Below, in pieces: positions 18,468-28,060 of a DNA stretch of 64,000 nucleotides (positions are counted from its first letter, which is position 1; each line of letters starts with the position of its first letter). The DNA is from Pyrodictiaceae archaeon (GTDB taxonomy: Archaea; Thermoproteota; Thermoprotei_A; Sulfolobales; WAQK01): assembly GCA_015520265.1 (NCBI GenBank), contig WAQK01000030.1, forward strand, positions 134 to 64,133, given 5' to 3'. Position numbers and translations under genes: made by a program. The notes below the pieces were generated by a model, which made no database searches, had not been told where the DNA came from, and worked only from the letters and a program-made list of their open reading frames with translations.

Positions 18468-19385
18468 TTGACCCCGGGTGGGCCGAGTGTCGCCGTGGTG
18501 CTGGCCGGAGGGCTTTCAAGGAGGTTCGGGAGGCCTAAGCCTCTCTTTAGCCCAGGCCATGGAACAGTTGTTGGATGGATAGCTGCCACGCTCAGGGGGT
18601 TGGGCTTAAGGGTTTACGTCTCGGCTCCCGACCAGGTTTTCGGCGAAGTCCTACGCGTAGCGGCTGGCCCCCTCACAGGACTGCTTGTCGACGAGGAGCT
18701 TCCCTGCGGCGGCCCCGCCAGGGCCATGGCCACGGCGCTGAGACTCGGCGAGGACACATACCTCTTCGTGCCCGGCGATATGCCCTGGTTCTCCCGCGAC
18801 ATGGCTTCGAAGCTTCTGCAGCTCTCGGCCCAAGAAGTATACTCCTCGACAGTCCCTGCGTGGCGGAACGGACACCTAGAGACCCTGCTCACCGTTGTGG
18901 GAGTTGAGGGTCTGAAAGCCCTCCGGACGGCGTGCACCGCTAAAGGCGCTGCCAAGGCCAGGCCCAGCGACGCGCTGAGGGCTTCCAGGAGGATCAGGGT
19001 GCTCCCGGCATCCCTCCTGCTCCACGGCTCCCTCGACGATAGGCCCCTGCTCCACATAAACACGCCTGAAGACTACCCGTACCCCTCCCCGAGGGGGGAG
19101 AGAGGCCCGCTGATGGGGCCCCTAGACATCGACAATACTGAGGCGAGCAGAACCTATCTTGAGGCGCTGAACTCCGCTGCCAGCGATCCGCGGCGCGCGG
19201 CCAGGCTGTTCGAGGAGGAGGCTGAACTTCTCCTGGAGGCCGGGCTACACTTCCTGGCAGCCCAGGCATACCGGGACGCGTACTACGTTGCGATGTCGGC
19301 TGAACTGCCCGACGCGGCCAGGCTGGCCGCGTTGTCCGGGAAGATCTATGATACACTGGAACAGGGTGGGGTCAAGCTATGGTAG
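18468..19385 (+). CDS. MobA-like NTP transferase (molybdenum cofactor guanylyltransferase family) with an extra C-terminal helical domain
   Basis: The N-terminal VAVVLAGGLSRRFGRPK matches the LAGGxxxRMG motif. The last roughly 100 aa are Ala/Leu/Glu-rich helices not normally part of MobA. Confidence 0.6.
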   Translation: MTPGGPSVAVVLAGGLSRRFGRPKPLFSPGHGTVVGWIAATLRGLGLRVYVSAPDQVFGEVLRVAAGPLTGLLVDEELPCGGPARAMATALRLGEDTYLFVPGDMPWFSRDMASKLLQLSAQEVYSSTVPAWRNGHLETLLTVVGVEGLKALRTACTAKGAAKARPSDALRASRRIRVLPASLLLHGSLDDRPLLHINTPEDYPYPSPRGERGPLMGPLDIDNTEASRTYLEALNSAASDPRRAARLFEEEAELLLEAGLHFLAAQAYRDAYYVAMSAELPDAARLAALSGKIYDTLEQGGVKLW

Positions 19386-19389
19386 TCCT

Positions 19390-19593
19390 CTAGCCTCGGG
19401 CCAGCCCGCCCAGGCCTAGGACAAGTATCAACGCCAAGCTCACCAGCACGAACTCCCAAACCGAGATCAGGGCTCTGAAGTAGAGGAACAGGACGGCTAG
19501 GATAAGGATGGCTGCCGGAACCACCATGAGCCTGTCCCGCTTGGGGCCCAGGAGTATGAAGGCTATGGCCAGCAGGATCACGAGTTCCAGCAT
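19390..19593 (-). CDS. small membrane protein (two predicted TM helices)
   Basis: 67-aa ORF that is almost entirely hydrophobic (LVILLAIAFILLGP, AAILILAVLFLYF, FVLVSLALILVLGLGG). Confidence 0.35.
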   Translation of the reverse strand: MLELVILLAIAFILLGPKRDRLMVVPAAILILAVLFLYFRALISVWEFVLVSLALILVLGLGGLARG

Positions 19594-19656
19594 AGGGCTC
19601 CCTCAGACCGGGAGATATATTCGGCACCACCAATAAAAACCCGCGGGGCTCGGAGG

Positions 19657-20541
19657 GTGTACCTAAGGATACGGCACGGCCGGGTTGAGGCTCTCGCCAA
19701 CGCGTTGCTACCCCTCGGCGTGGAGGGGGCTAAGAGGATAGAGAGGGGCGATCCCCAGTTTCACGCTGTCTCGAAGCTGGCCAGGGCCCTGGGCGACCCT
19801 GCCTTGGCCGCAGTGCTGGTTGTGGCCAACGCACTGGTCAGCTATAGGCTCACCCTTCCCGGGGAGGAGTACTGGGCGGAGTTCGCCGAGGCTGCCGCGA
19901 AGATATACGCTTCCGGCAGGCCCGGGCTCTACGGCTTCTTCTCCAGCTTCCTCCGGTCCTGCAGGGGCAACAGGCGGCTAGTGGATCAGAAGCTCGCCAG
20001 GATCAAGAAGCTTGAGGACTCGGGATTCCCTCGTCTCCTGGAGGAAAGCTTCCACCACTACGCGACGCCGGGCGGGCTCCTTGAACTCTGGGGGCGGCTA
20101 GCCAGTCTCTTCGGAAGCAGGGAGGCAAAGACCGTGGTCTTCGCGGTAAAGATGTTCTACTATGTGGCGTTAACCGTGGAGCCCGGCTTAACGGCGCCTG
20201 AGGAGATACTGATACCGGTGGACCTCAGAGTGGCGCTCCTCGCGGCAACCAGCGGTATAGTAGCTGATGGGGGTTGGCGGGAGACGTGGCACCGCGGCTA
20301 TGGCCGGGAGAAACAGGTGGTTCTCGAGGCGTGGCGCCTAGTTTCCGCGTCGTCCCGTATACCTCTCCTCCACCTGGACGCCGTGATATGGTTAGCTGGC
20401 CGGGCGGCGAGAGAGGCTGGGTACAAGGGCCGCGAGGCCAGGAGAAGAGCTGTGGCTCTCCTCTCCAAGTACTCGGAGAATACAGTAAAGCGGGCCGTCC
20501 TGGAAAGGGTTGCACAGGAGCTCTTCGCCCTCTTGGACTAG
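19657..20541 (+). CDS. candidate archaeal 8-oxoguanine DNA glycosylase (AGOG-type N-glycosylase/DNA lyase)
   Basis: 294 aa. The segment NALVSYRLTLPGEEYWAEF, the KLARIKKL helix and an all-helical composition recall the AGOG family as I remember it. This needs a profile search to confirm. Confidence 0.45.
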   Translation: MYLRIRHGRVEALANALLPLGVEGAKRIERGDPQFHAVSKLARALGDPALAAVLVVANALVSYRLTLPGEEYWAEFAEAAAKIYASGRPGLYGFFSSFLRSCRGNRRLVDQKLARIKKLEDSGFPRLLEESFHHYATPGGLLELWGRLASLFGSREAKTVVFAVKMFYYVALTVEPGLTAPEEILIPVDLRVALLAATSGIVADGGWRETWHRGYGREKQVVLEAWRLVSASSRIPLLHLDAVIWLAGRAAREAGYKGREARRRAVALLSKYSENTVKRAVLERVAQELFALLD

Positions 20542-21521
20542 CCTGTCATGTAGACTATGCCATCCGCCCAGGCCACATCACCCGAGTCCAGGCTGACCAC
20601 ACCCCTATCCGTTGACACCTTTAGCCTCCCCCTATCATCTATGCCCTCAGCCACACCCTCCAGCGTCTCGCCGTTCAGACGGATCCTCACCCTCCTCCCT
20701 CTGAGGATGTCGTATGATGATAGGGCCTCGAGCGCGGGGCCGCAGTCCTCGAAACAGCCGAGGATACGGGTAGCCAGCCTGGGGAGGATCAGTGCTAGAA
20801 GCGTGGCTCTAGGGGCCCGGAACCCCAGCTCGTCCGCAAGGGATGTGGCCATACTCCTCAGCTCTTTAGGCATCTGGGAGGCCGGGTTATTGACGTTGAG
20901 GCCAACGCCCACGTAGACCTCCAGCTCCTCGGGGCCCACCACGTTCTCCACCAGTATGCCTCCCAGCTTCCTCCCGCTGACGATGAGGTCGTTGGGCCAC
21001 TTGACCCCTACGGCGAGCCCTGTAAACGCGTCTAGGATCTCTGCCACCGCCAGGCCTGCCGCCAGGGACACCGGGGGTAGCTCTCCTCTTGGGAGCCGGA
21101 TGCCCAGGGTGAACCAGAGGCCTCCGGGCGGGCTGGTCCAGGTTCTGCCCAGTCTGCCCCTACCCCGTGACTGTTTCTCCGCTACTACGAGCACGTATCT
21201 CATCCCAGGTTTCAGGGCCCATCTTGCATCGTCCATGGTTGAGCCCGTCTCCCCGAGCATCGCCACGTTGCCCTCTCCGCCTAGAACGTTTTCGAGGAGC
21301 ACATTGATCTGGCGGGCCAGGAGGAGCGGCTCATCCACTGTTGCCACTGCCCAGCAATCGTCCTCCTTGGCTACGGCCAGCCCTGCGGGTCTCAAGGGTT
21401 CTAGGAGACCCCTAAGCCTGTCCGGGGGGTTGCAGAGTGTTTGTCCGGAGGCCAGTGTTTGTAGCGGGGAAACCAATTTCGACACCTGCCATATACTGTT
21501 TACAGCCATTGTCTTAGCCAA
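20538..21521 (-). CDS. birA: biotin--[acetyl-CoA-carboxylase] ligase BirA, with an N-terminal extension
   Basis: Diagnostic BPL motif QSRGRGRLGRTWTSPPGGLWFT plus the KWPNDL motif. The N-terminal roughly 90 aa are extra relative to the catalytic core. The gene is divergent from accC. Confidence 0.85.
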   Translation of the reverse strand: MAKTMAVNSIWQVSKLVSPLQTLASGQTLCNPPDRLRGLLEPLRPAGLAVAKEDDCWAVATVDEPLLLARQINVLLENVLGGEGNVAMLGETGSTMDDARWALKPGMRYVLVVAEKQSRGRGRLGRTWTSPPGGLWFTLGIRLPRGELPPVSLAAGLAVAEILDAFTGLAVGVKWPNDLIVSGRKLGGILVENVVGPEELEVYVGVGLNVNNPASQMPKELRSMATSLADELGFRAPRATLLALILPRLATRILGCFEDCGPALEALSSYDILRGRRVRIRLNGETLEGVAEGIDDRGRLKVSTDRGVVSLDSGDVAWADGIVYMTG

Positions 21522-21536
21522 TACTCATAAATATAT

Positions 21537-21550
21537 GGTCACCGGTGACC
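21537..21550. promoter_or_regulatory. perfect 14-bp palindrome GGTCACCGGTGACC in the birA-accC divergent intergenic region (candidate operator)
   Basis: Read directly from the sequence. It lies immediately downstream of an A/T-rich TATA-like element (cataaatatatgg, 21526-21538) and about 44 nt upstream of the accC ATG. Confidence 0.35.
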
Positions 21551-21593
21551 CCTCTCCACGGCCCGATATAAGTGTGGATCCGAGGAAGACGCC

Positions 21594-23087
21594 ATGCCCG
21601 AGAAGCTGCTTATAGCCACACGGGGAGAAATAGCGGTCAGGATAATCAGGGCTGCAAGGGAGCTAGGAATACCCACAGCCACCGTCTACACTGAGGACGA
21701 TCGCGACTCGCTCCACGTGCTCCTCGCCGACGAGGCCTACCCCGTGTCCAGCTACCTCTCCATAAGCGACGTGGTTGAGGCCGGGCTGAGGAGCGGCTCC
21801 ACACTGGTGCACCCCGGCTACGGCTTCCTGGCCGAGAGCCCCGAGTTCGCCGAGGCCGTGGAGCGGGCGGGGATGGTCTTCGTGGGACCCAGCCCGCGTG
21901 TCATGAGGCTGGCTGGCGACAAGGTGGAGGCCAAGAAGGCGGCTGAGGCTGCGGGGATAGAGGTGCTTCCCTGGAGCAGGAGGCCCATAATGGACGCCGA
22001 GGACGCCGTGGAGATCGCTAAGAAGCTTGGGTTCCCCGTGATGGTGAAGGCCGTGGCTGGGGGCGGCGGCATGGGCATGAGGGTTGCCAGAACACCTGAG
22101 GAGCTGGCCAGGATGGTGGAGCACGCCATGATCGAGGCCGAGAGGGCCTTCGGCAATCCTCTCGTCTACGTCGAGAAGTACCTGGAGAGTCCCAGGCACA
22201 TCGAGGTCCAGGTCCTGGGCGACGAGGCAGGAGGCCTGGTCCATCTGTACGAGAGAGAGTGCAGCGTCCAGAGGAGGTACCAGAAGATAGTGGAGGAGGC
22301 GCCCAGCCCCGCCCTGACGCCCAGGGAGAGGGAGGAGTTGGCCGAGAAGGCCGTGAGGCTGGCCGAGAGGATCGGCTACACCAACGCCGGCACCGTGGAG
22401 TTCCTCTACAAGGACGGCGAGTTCTACTTCACAGAGATAAACGCTAGGCTACAGGTGGAGCACGGCGTAACCGAGCTGATAACCGGCGTGGACATAGTGA
22501 AGACGCAGATCCTGGTGGCCATGGGGAGGGAGCTTCCCTTCGACCAGAGGGACGTGAAGACGAAGGGGTGGGCCTTCGAGGCAAGGATATACGCCGAGAA
22601 CCCCTTCGAGGGGTTCCAGGCCTCGCCGGGCAGGATAACCTTCTATCACGAGCCCGGAGGCCCCTGGATAAGAGTCGACACAGGGGTCTACGCGGGGTAC
22701 ACGGTCAACCCCCACTACAACACGCTTCTCCTGAAGGTCCTAGCCTGGGGGCCCAGCAGGGCGGAGGCCCTGGCCAGGATGAGGAGGGCCTTGGCCGAAA
22801 CAGTGGTGGGCGGCGTCGACACCAATATAGAGCTGCTGAGGGAGGTTCTGGCAGACCCGGATTTCGAGGCAGGCAGGGCCTATGTCGGCATGGTGGAGGA
22901 GAGGCTTGACCGTTATAGGAGGGCTGTGGAGAGGAGGCTTATAGTGAGGGCCGTAGCCGCTGCGCTGGCCTCGCGCACACCCACCCATGGCGGGCGGAGG
23001 CTCCGCGAGAAGGGCGTTGCTCCCATCTGGAAGTACTCGCCCCTCCTAAACATGTTTATGCAGGGTGACGGTGTTGAGGAATATTGA
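21594..23087 (+). CDS. accC: biotin carboxylase subunit of acetyl-CoA/propionyl-CoA carboxylase
   Basis: 497 aa with an ATP-grasp domain (GFPVMVKAVAGGGGMGMRV, ECSVQRRYQKIVEEAP, EINARLQVEH). The N-terminus KLLIATRGEIAVRIIRA is typical. Confidence 0.9.
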   Translation: MPEKLLIATRGEIAVRIIRAARELGIPTATVYTEDDRDSLHVLLADEAYPVSSYLSISDVVEAGLRSGSTLVHPGYGFLAESPEFAEAVERAGMVFVGPSPRVMRLAGDKVEAKKAAEAAGIEVLPWSRRPIMDAEDAVEIAKKLGFPVMVKAVAGGGGMGMRVARTPEELARMVEHAMIEAERAFGNPLVYVEKYLESPRHIEVQVLGDEAGGLVHLYERECSVQRRYQKIVEEAPSPALTPREREELAEKAVRLAERIGYTNAGTVEFLYKDGEFYFTEINARLQVEHGVTELITGVDIVKTQILVAMGRELPFDQRDVKTKGWAFEARIYAENPFEGFQASPGRITFYHEPGGPWIRVDTGVYAGYTVNPHYNTLLLKVLAWGPSRAEALARMRRALAETVVGGVDTNIELLREVLADPDFEAGRAYVGMVEERLDRYRRAVERRLIVRAVAAALASRTPTHGGRRLREKGVAPIWKYSPLLNMFMQGDGVEEY

Positions 23088-23595
23088 GGTCAGGATACGT
23101 GGCTCCGACGCGACGGTCGAGATAGTGTCGGATGGCTCCTCCTACAGAGTGAGGACGTCCCAGGGTGAGTACGAGGCCAGGGTGGAGGCCCTCGACGAAT
23201 CCACCTACCTGGTGGAGGTGGGCGGCGAGAGGCTCGTCGTCAAGAGGGGGCCGGAGGGCCTCGTTTTCGTGGGCGGGGAGCCCGTGGTTCTTGACGGCGT
23301 GTCTGTCAAGCCTAAGCTTCCCTCGGCTGGGGTCGAGGCGCCCAGGCGCGGAGCAGAGGGCGGAGGAGGCGGCGACCCCAGGGTGTATAGGTCCGGAATA
23401 GCTGGCAGGATAGTGGAGGTCAGGGTGAGGGAGGGTCAGAGGGTTGAGAGGGGCGACGTGCTGTTCCTCATGGAGTCGATGAAGATGATCAACGAGGTCA
23501 GATCTGACAGAAGCGGTGTTGTGGAAAAAGTGCTGGTGAAGGAGGGGGACTCGGTTAGGAGGGGCGACGTCCTCCTGGTTTTCTCCCAGGGCTAG
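23065..23595 (+). CDS. accB: biotin carboxyl carrier protein
   Basis: C-terminal biotinyl domain with the MKM motif (VLFLMESMKMINEVRSD...GDVLLV). It overlaps the end of accC by 23 nt. Confidence 0.85.
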   Translation: MTVLRNIEVRIRGSDATVEIVSDGSSYRVRTSQGEYEARVEALDESTYLVEVGGERLVVKRGPEGLVFVGGEPVVLDGVSVKPKLPSAGVEAPRRGAEGGGGGDPRVYRSGIAGRIVEVRVREGQRVERGDVLFLMESMKMINEVRSDRSGVVEKVLVKEGDSVRRGDVLLVFSQG

Positions 23596-25151
23596 AGCGG
23601 AATGTTCCCGTGCTTCTTGGGGACTAGGGTTATCTTCTTAGTCCTCAGAGCCTCCAGCGCCGCCGCCAGCCTGGCCCTGGTCTCGCGCGGCTCTATAACG
23701 TCGTCCACCAGGCCCAGCTCAGCCGCCCTGTAGGGGTTGGCGAAGAGGCTCCTGTACTCCTCTAGCTTCTCACGGTACAGCTTCTCGGGGTCCTCGGCTT
23801 TGGCCAGCTCCTTCCTGTAGAGTATCCTGACGGCACCCTCGGGCCCCATGACGGCCACCTCGGCGGTGGGCCAGGCGTAGACTATGTCGGCGCCGAGGGA
23901 CTTAGAGCCCATCGAGATGTATGCGCCGCCGTAGGCCTTCCTCAGTATCACTGTTATCTTGGGCACGCTGGCCTCGGCGTAGGCGTAGAGCATCTTGGCC
24001 CCGTGCCTGATTATGCCTCCGTGCTCTTGGTCTACCCCTGGCAGGTATCCGGGCACGTCTACGAACGTTATTATGGGCAGGTTGAAGGAGTCGCAGAACC
24101 TGACGAACCTGGCTGCCTTGTCGGAGGCGTCGATATCTATGGTGCCCGCCAGGTGCTGGGGCTGGTTAGCCACCACACAGACGGAGTGTCCGTCGAGCCT
24201 GGCGAAGCCTACTACCATGTTGGGGGCGAAGTCGCGGTGGACCTCGAGGAACTCGCCGCCGTCGAAGACCCTCAGTATGACCTCCCTCACATCGTAGGGC
24301 TTCATGGGGTCTGTGGGCACGAGGGTGTCCAGCTCGGGATCCGCCCTATCGGGCGGATCACCGGTCTTAAGCCTTGGCGGCTCCTGGAGATAGTTGGAGG
24401 GCAGGTAGGAGAGGAGTAGCCGTGTCAGCTGGAAAAGGTCGTCCTCGGAGTCGGCGATGAAGTGGGCTACACCGCTCCTCGACACGTGGATCTCCGCTCC
24501 ACCCAGCTCCTCGAAGCTCACCTCCTCTCCAGTCGCCGCCTTCACCACGTTGGGGCCCGTGATGAAGAGGTAGGAGATCCTGCGGGTCATGAGGGTGAAG
24601 TCCATGAGAGCTGGCGCGTATGCCGCGCCGCCAGCGCAGGGGCCCAGTATGAGGGCGAGCTGGGGCACCACGCCGCTGGCCCTCACTATGGCGCTGAAGA
24701 CGCGGCCGAACCCGTCTAGGCTGGCTACTCCCTCCTGAATCCTGGCCCCGCCTGAGTCGAACATGCCTATGAGGGGCGCCCCCGTCCTATGGGCCATGTT
24801 GATGACCTGCACTATCTTCTTGGCATGCATCTCGCCGAGGCTGCCGCCCATCACCGTGAAGTCCTGGGAGAACACGTAGACCTTCCTGCCGTCTATCCTG
24901 CCGAAGCCTGCGACGACGCCGTCGCCCAGGTACTTGACCCTGTCCAGGCCGAAGTGGGTGGAGCGGTGGGTGACCAGGGTTCCGAGCTCGTTGAAGCTGC
25001 CGGGATCCAGGAGCCTCTCCAGCCTCTCCCTTGCTGTGAGTTTGCCCTTCCTGTGCTGCGCCTCTATTCTCTCCCTGCCGCCCCCCAGCCTGGCCTTCTC
25101 CTTGAGACGCCTAAGCTCCTCTAGGAGCTGCTCCATGTCCCTGCCTTCCAT
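23592..25151 (-). CDS. pccB: acyl-CoA carboxylase carboxyltransferase subunit (PccB-like)
   Basis: 519 aa with two crotonase-like CT domains. Typical motifs are GKLTARERLERLLDPGSF, GGARIQEG and GGAYISMG. It converges on accB with a 4-nt overlap. Confidence 0.9.
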   Translation of the reverse strand: MEGRDMEQLLEELRRLKEKARLGGGRERIEAQHRKGKLTARERLERLLDPGSFNELGTLVTHRSTHFGLDRVKYLGDGVVAGFGRIDGRKVYVFSQDFTVMGGSLGEMHAKKIVQVINMAHRTGAPLIGMFDSGGARIQEGVASLDGFGRVFSAIVRASGVVPQLALILGPCAGGAAYAPALMDFTLMTRRISYLFITGPNVVKAATGEEVSFEELGGAEIHVSRSGVAHFIADSEDDLFQLTRLLLSYLPSNYLQEPPRLKTGDPPDRADPELDTLVPTDPMKPYDVREVILRVFDGGEFLEVHRDFAPNMVVGFARLDGHSVCVVANQPQHLAGTIDIDASDKAARFVRFCDSFNLPIITFVDVPGYLPGVDQEHGGIIRHGAKMLYAYAEASVPKITVILRKAYGGAYISMGSKSLGADIVYAWPTAEVAVMGPEGAVRILYRKELAKAEDPEKLYREKLEEYRSLFANPYRAAELGLVDDVIEPRETRARLAAALEALRTKKITLVPKKHGNIPL

Positions 25152-25155
25152 GGCG

Positions 25156-26418
25156 CTACACTCTCCTAGCAGCGCCCCTGCCGAGCCTCTCGTGGGCCTG
25201 GGCCAGGTGGCCCGCCGCCAGGGCCGCCAGGAGGTTGAGCTCGCCTGCCAGGACGGCGGCCGCTATGATCTCGGCGAACTTCTTGGCGTTGCTTCCGGGC
25301 GGGTCTCCTCCCCCGGCTACTCCCAGTATGCTCAGAGCCTCCCGCTGGGTTGGGAGGCGTGTACCTCCGCCCACGGTGCCCACCTCGAGGCTGGTGAGGG
25401 TGACCGATATGTAGAGGTCGCCTTCCCCTGTGAGCTCCGTCCACGTGTACCCCATGCTACTCTCCACCACCTGGGCGGCGTCCTGCCCTGTTGCCAGGAA
25501 TATGGCTGCCACTATGTTGGCATAGTGGGCGTTGTATGAGAGACTCCCGGCCCTAGCAGAGCCCAGCAGGTTTTTCCTGATGTTGACCTCATGGATCAGC
25601 TCCGGCTTGGCCTTGAGCACCTTCTCGGCGACGTCCCTCTTGATCACCGCTTCCGCGACGACGGTTTTGCCCCTCCCGTGGAGTGCGTTGATATATGCTG
25701 GCTTCTTGTCGACGCACATGTTCCCGCTCAGGGCCACGCAGCGGGCTGTGCCTGGAAACCTCTCCTCTATGTAGCGGCACGCCCTGTCGGTGGCTATGGT
25801 GGCCATGTTCATGCCCATGGCGTCGCCCGTGAAGTATACGAAACGAAGCCACACGTTGTTGCCCACCACATAGGGCTCCACCCTGAGCAACTTGCCGTGC
25901 CTCGTGGTGCTCTCAGCCTCCCTCTTGACCTCGTCGAAGTGCTCCTCAACCCACCTAGCCAGCTTAACAGCGGTATCCACGTCAGGGGTCCAGAAGACGG
26001 GGGCCCTAGCCATGCCGTCCGCCACTATCCTCACCCTGGCACCGCCGCTAAGTGTGACAGCCCTGCAACCCCTGTTGATGCTGGCCACCAGGGCGCCCTC
26101 GGTGGTGGCTAGGGGTATGAAGTATTCTCCGTGCGCGTACTCGCCTTGGACCAGGAGCGGACCAGCGACTCCTACGGGGATCTGGACGGCGCCTATAGGG
26201 TTCTCGATGTTCCTACCAACTAGCTCGTCAAAGTCAAGGATGGTTGAAGCCAAGCTCGTGAGATGCACGTTGAGCCTCTTCTCCAAGGCTCTGCGGCGCA
26301 CCAGTGTTGCCAAGTTGCTGCTGCCGCCCACGTGTTTCTCCACCTGGTGGAGCTTGACCTCTCCCCGGGCCACCTTCTCGGCCAGCTCCTCCACCACCTT
26401 GGATAGCTGGGGCTCCAA
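25156..26418 (-). CDS. hmgA: HMG-CoA reductase, class I
   Basis: 420 aa. Motifs ENPIGAVQIPVGVAGPLLV, TTEGALVAS, DAMGMNM and GTVGGGT are hallmarks of class I HMGR. Confidence 0.9.
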   Translation of the reverse strand: MEPQLSKVVEELAEKVARGEVKLHQVEKHVGGSSNLATLVRRRALEKRLNVHLTSLASTILDFDELVGRNIENPIGAVQIPVGVAGPLLVQGEYAHGEYFIPLATTEGALVASINRGCRAVTLSGGARVRIVADGMARAPVFWTPDVDTAVKLARWVEEHFDEVKREAESTTRHGKLLRVEPYVVGNNVWLRFVYFTGDAMGMNMATIATDRACRYIEERFPGTARCVALSGNMCVDKKPAYINALHGRGKTVVAEAVIKRDVAEKVLKAKPELIHEVNIRKNLLGSARAGSLSYNAHYANIVAAIFLATGQDAAQVVESSMGYTWTELTGEGDLYISVTLTSLEVGTVGGGTRLPTQREALSILGVAGGGDPPGSNAKKFAEIIAAAVLAGELNLLAALAAGHLAQAHERLGRGAARRV

Positions 26419-26481
26419 AACCCGTTCACCCTAACCTCTAGTCTCATATACGAGAATATGGGGTTAAAGAATGGTCTGGAC

Positions 26482-26886
26482 CTAGTACTCCATGGATGGG
26501 CGGAACTTTACCCCGTAGTAGATGACGCCGTGCTCACCGTCCTCCTGCACCCTCCTCAGCACAGCCTCGACCTTCATGCCCGTCCTAACCTCGTGGGGCA
26601 TGACGTCTGTTAGAGGCGCCACGACCCTGACCCCGTTCTCCAGCTCGACGAGCCCCAGTATCAGGGGCGCGTATTTCCTGAAGCCGTCCGGCACCGTGTA
26701 GATCACGGTGTAGGAGAGGACTCGGCCCCTCCTGGGCAGCTCCACCTCCTCAGTCTCCCTGTGGCCGCAGTAGGGGCAGACGGGCTTCGGCGGATAGGAT
26801 ATCTTGCCGCAGGACTTGCAGCGGGAACCCACGAGCCTGTAGTGGGAGGCCCTCTCCCTCCAGAACCTGGGTATGGAGAGTTTCAC
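26482..26886 (-). CDS. DUF35 OB-fold/zinc-ribbon protein (scaffold of the archaeal thiolase/HMG-CoA synthase complex)
   Basis: Zinc ribbon CKSCGKISYPPKPVCPYCG followed by an OB-fold. I trimmed the start to the GTG at 26886 (VKLSIPRFW), just after the thiolase stop. It is the third gene of the HMGCS-thiolase-DUF35 string. Confidence 0.8.
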   Translation of the reverse strand: MKLSIPRFWRERASHYRLVGSRCKSCGKISYPPKPVCPYCGHRETEEVELPRRGRVLSYTVIYTVPDGFRKYAPLILGLVELENGVRVVAPLTDVMPHEVRTGMKVEAVLRRVQEDGEHGVIYYGVKFRPSMEY

Positions 26887-26893
26887 TTCACCT

Positions 26894-28060
26894 TCACCTC
26901 CTAAGCACAACCACACTTATTGTTGCACCATGACCTCCAATGTTCTCTGCCAGCCCAACCTCAGGGTTCGACGCCTTGACGCCCGGGAAGTCCCCCCTCA
27001 GCTGCATGGCTATCTCCGCTATCTGGTAGACACCGGTAGCTCCCACAGGGTGTCCCCTTGCCTTGAGCCCGCCGCTCAGGTTGACCTCGGGCCTGTCGCC
27101 AGGCCTGAACCTCCCCTCTGCAACCAGCTTGGCTGCCTCGCCCCTTCCCGCCAGGCCGAGGGCCTCCAGTGACAGTAGGCCTGTTATGGTGAAGGCGTCG
27201 TGGACCTCAACCACATCTATGTCCCCGGCCTCCACGCCAGCCATCCTGTAGGCCTTCTCGGCGGCGAGCCTGGCGGCAGCTAGGTCGTCGAGTTCCAGGC
27301 GCGTGGAGAGATCCACGCTATCGGTGGCCAGGCCCACTCCAGCCACCCTAACTGGGGTGTCGGTAAGCTTCCTGGCTACCTCCTCACTAGCTATCATGAC
27401 TGCCGCCGCGCCGTCGCCCATGGGGCTACTGTCCAGCAGGGTTATGGGGTCAGCCACCACCATGGCGTTGAGCACCTGCTCCACCGTTATCTTGAAGCGA
27501 AGCTGGGCGAAGGGGTTCTGAGACGCGTTCTCGTGCATCAGCACGGGCCACGCCGCCATCTCCTCTCTGGAGACCCTGTACTTCTCCATGTAGTACCTCA
27601 TGAGGAGAGCGTTGAGCCCAGTGAAGCTGGCGCCGTAGAACAGCTCGTATTCTGCATCAGCCGCCTGCGCAAGGGCCCTGGTGACCGTGGCGGTTATGTG
27701 CTCCGTCATCTTCTCCACGCCGGCCACTAGGACGACGTCGAACATGCCGGAGGCCACCATATTGTAGGCCGCAAAGAATGCCGCGCCCCCGCTGCCGCAG
27801 GCCGCCTCAACCTTGAAGGCCGGTATACCCCTGAGGCCCGCGCTGTCGGCGAGGAGCGCTCCCAGGCTGTCCTGCTCCCCCATGCTGCTGCTAAGCATGT
27901 TGCCCACCACGAGGGCCTGGGGTTTCTCCCCCTTGGCGTCGTCTATGGCCTGGAGGGTTGCTTCGGCGAAGAGGTCCCTCATGCTCCTCTTATAGTGTCT
28001 CCCTATGCTGGTCATCCCGACTCCTACAACGTAAACCTTCCTCACGGCCCAGCACCTCAC
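26894..28060 (-). CDS. acetyl-CoA acetyltransferase (archaeal thiolase)
   Basis: 388 aa with the thiolase fold: active-site Cys region [11 protein letters not shown] and C-terminal [14 protein letters not shown]...NIGGHGAT. Confidence 0.9.
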   Translation of the reverse strand: MRCWAVRKVYVVGVGMTSIGRHYKRSMRDLFAEATLQAIDDAKGEKPQALVVGNMLSSSMGEQDSLGALLADSAGLRGIPAFKVEAACGSGGAAFFAAYNMVASGMFDVVLVAGVEKMTEHITATVTRALAQAADAEYELFYGASFTGLNALLMRYYMEKYRVSREEMAAWPVLMHENASQNPFAQLRFKITVEQVLNAMVVADPITLLDSSPMGDGAAAVMIASEEVARKLTDTPVRVAGVGLATDSVDLSTRLELDDLAAARLAAEKAYRMAGVEAGDIDVVEVHDAFTITGLLSLEALGLAGRGEAAKLVAEGRFRPGDRPEVNLSGGLKARGHPVGATGVYQIAEIAMQLRGDFPGVKASNPEVGLAENIGGHGATISVVVLRR

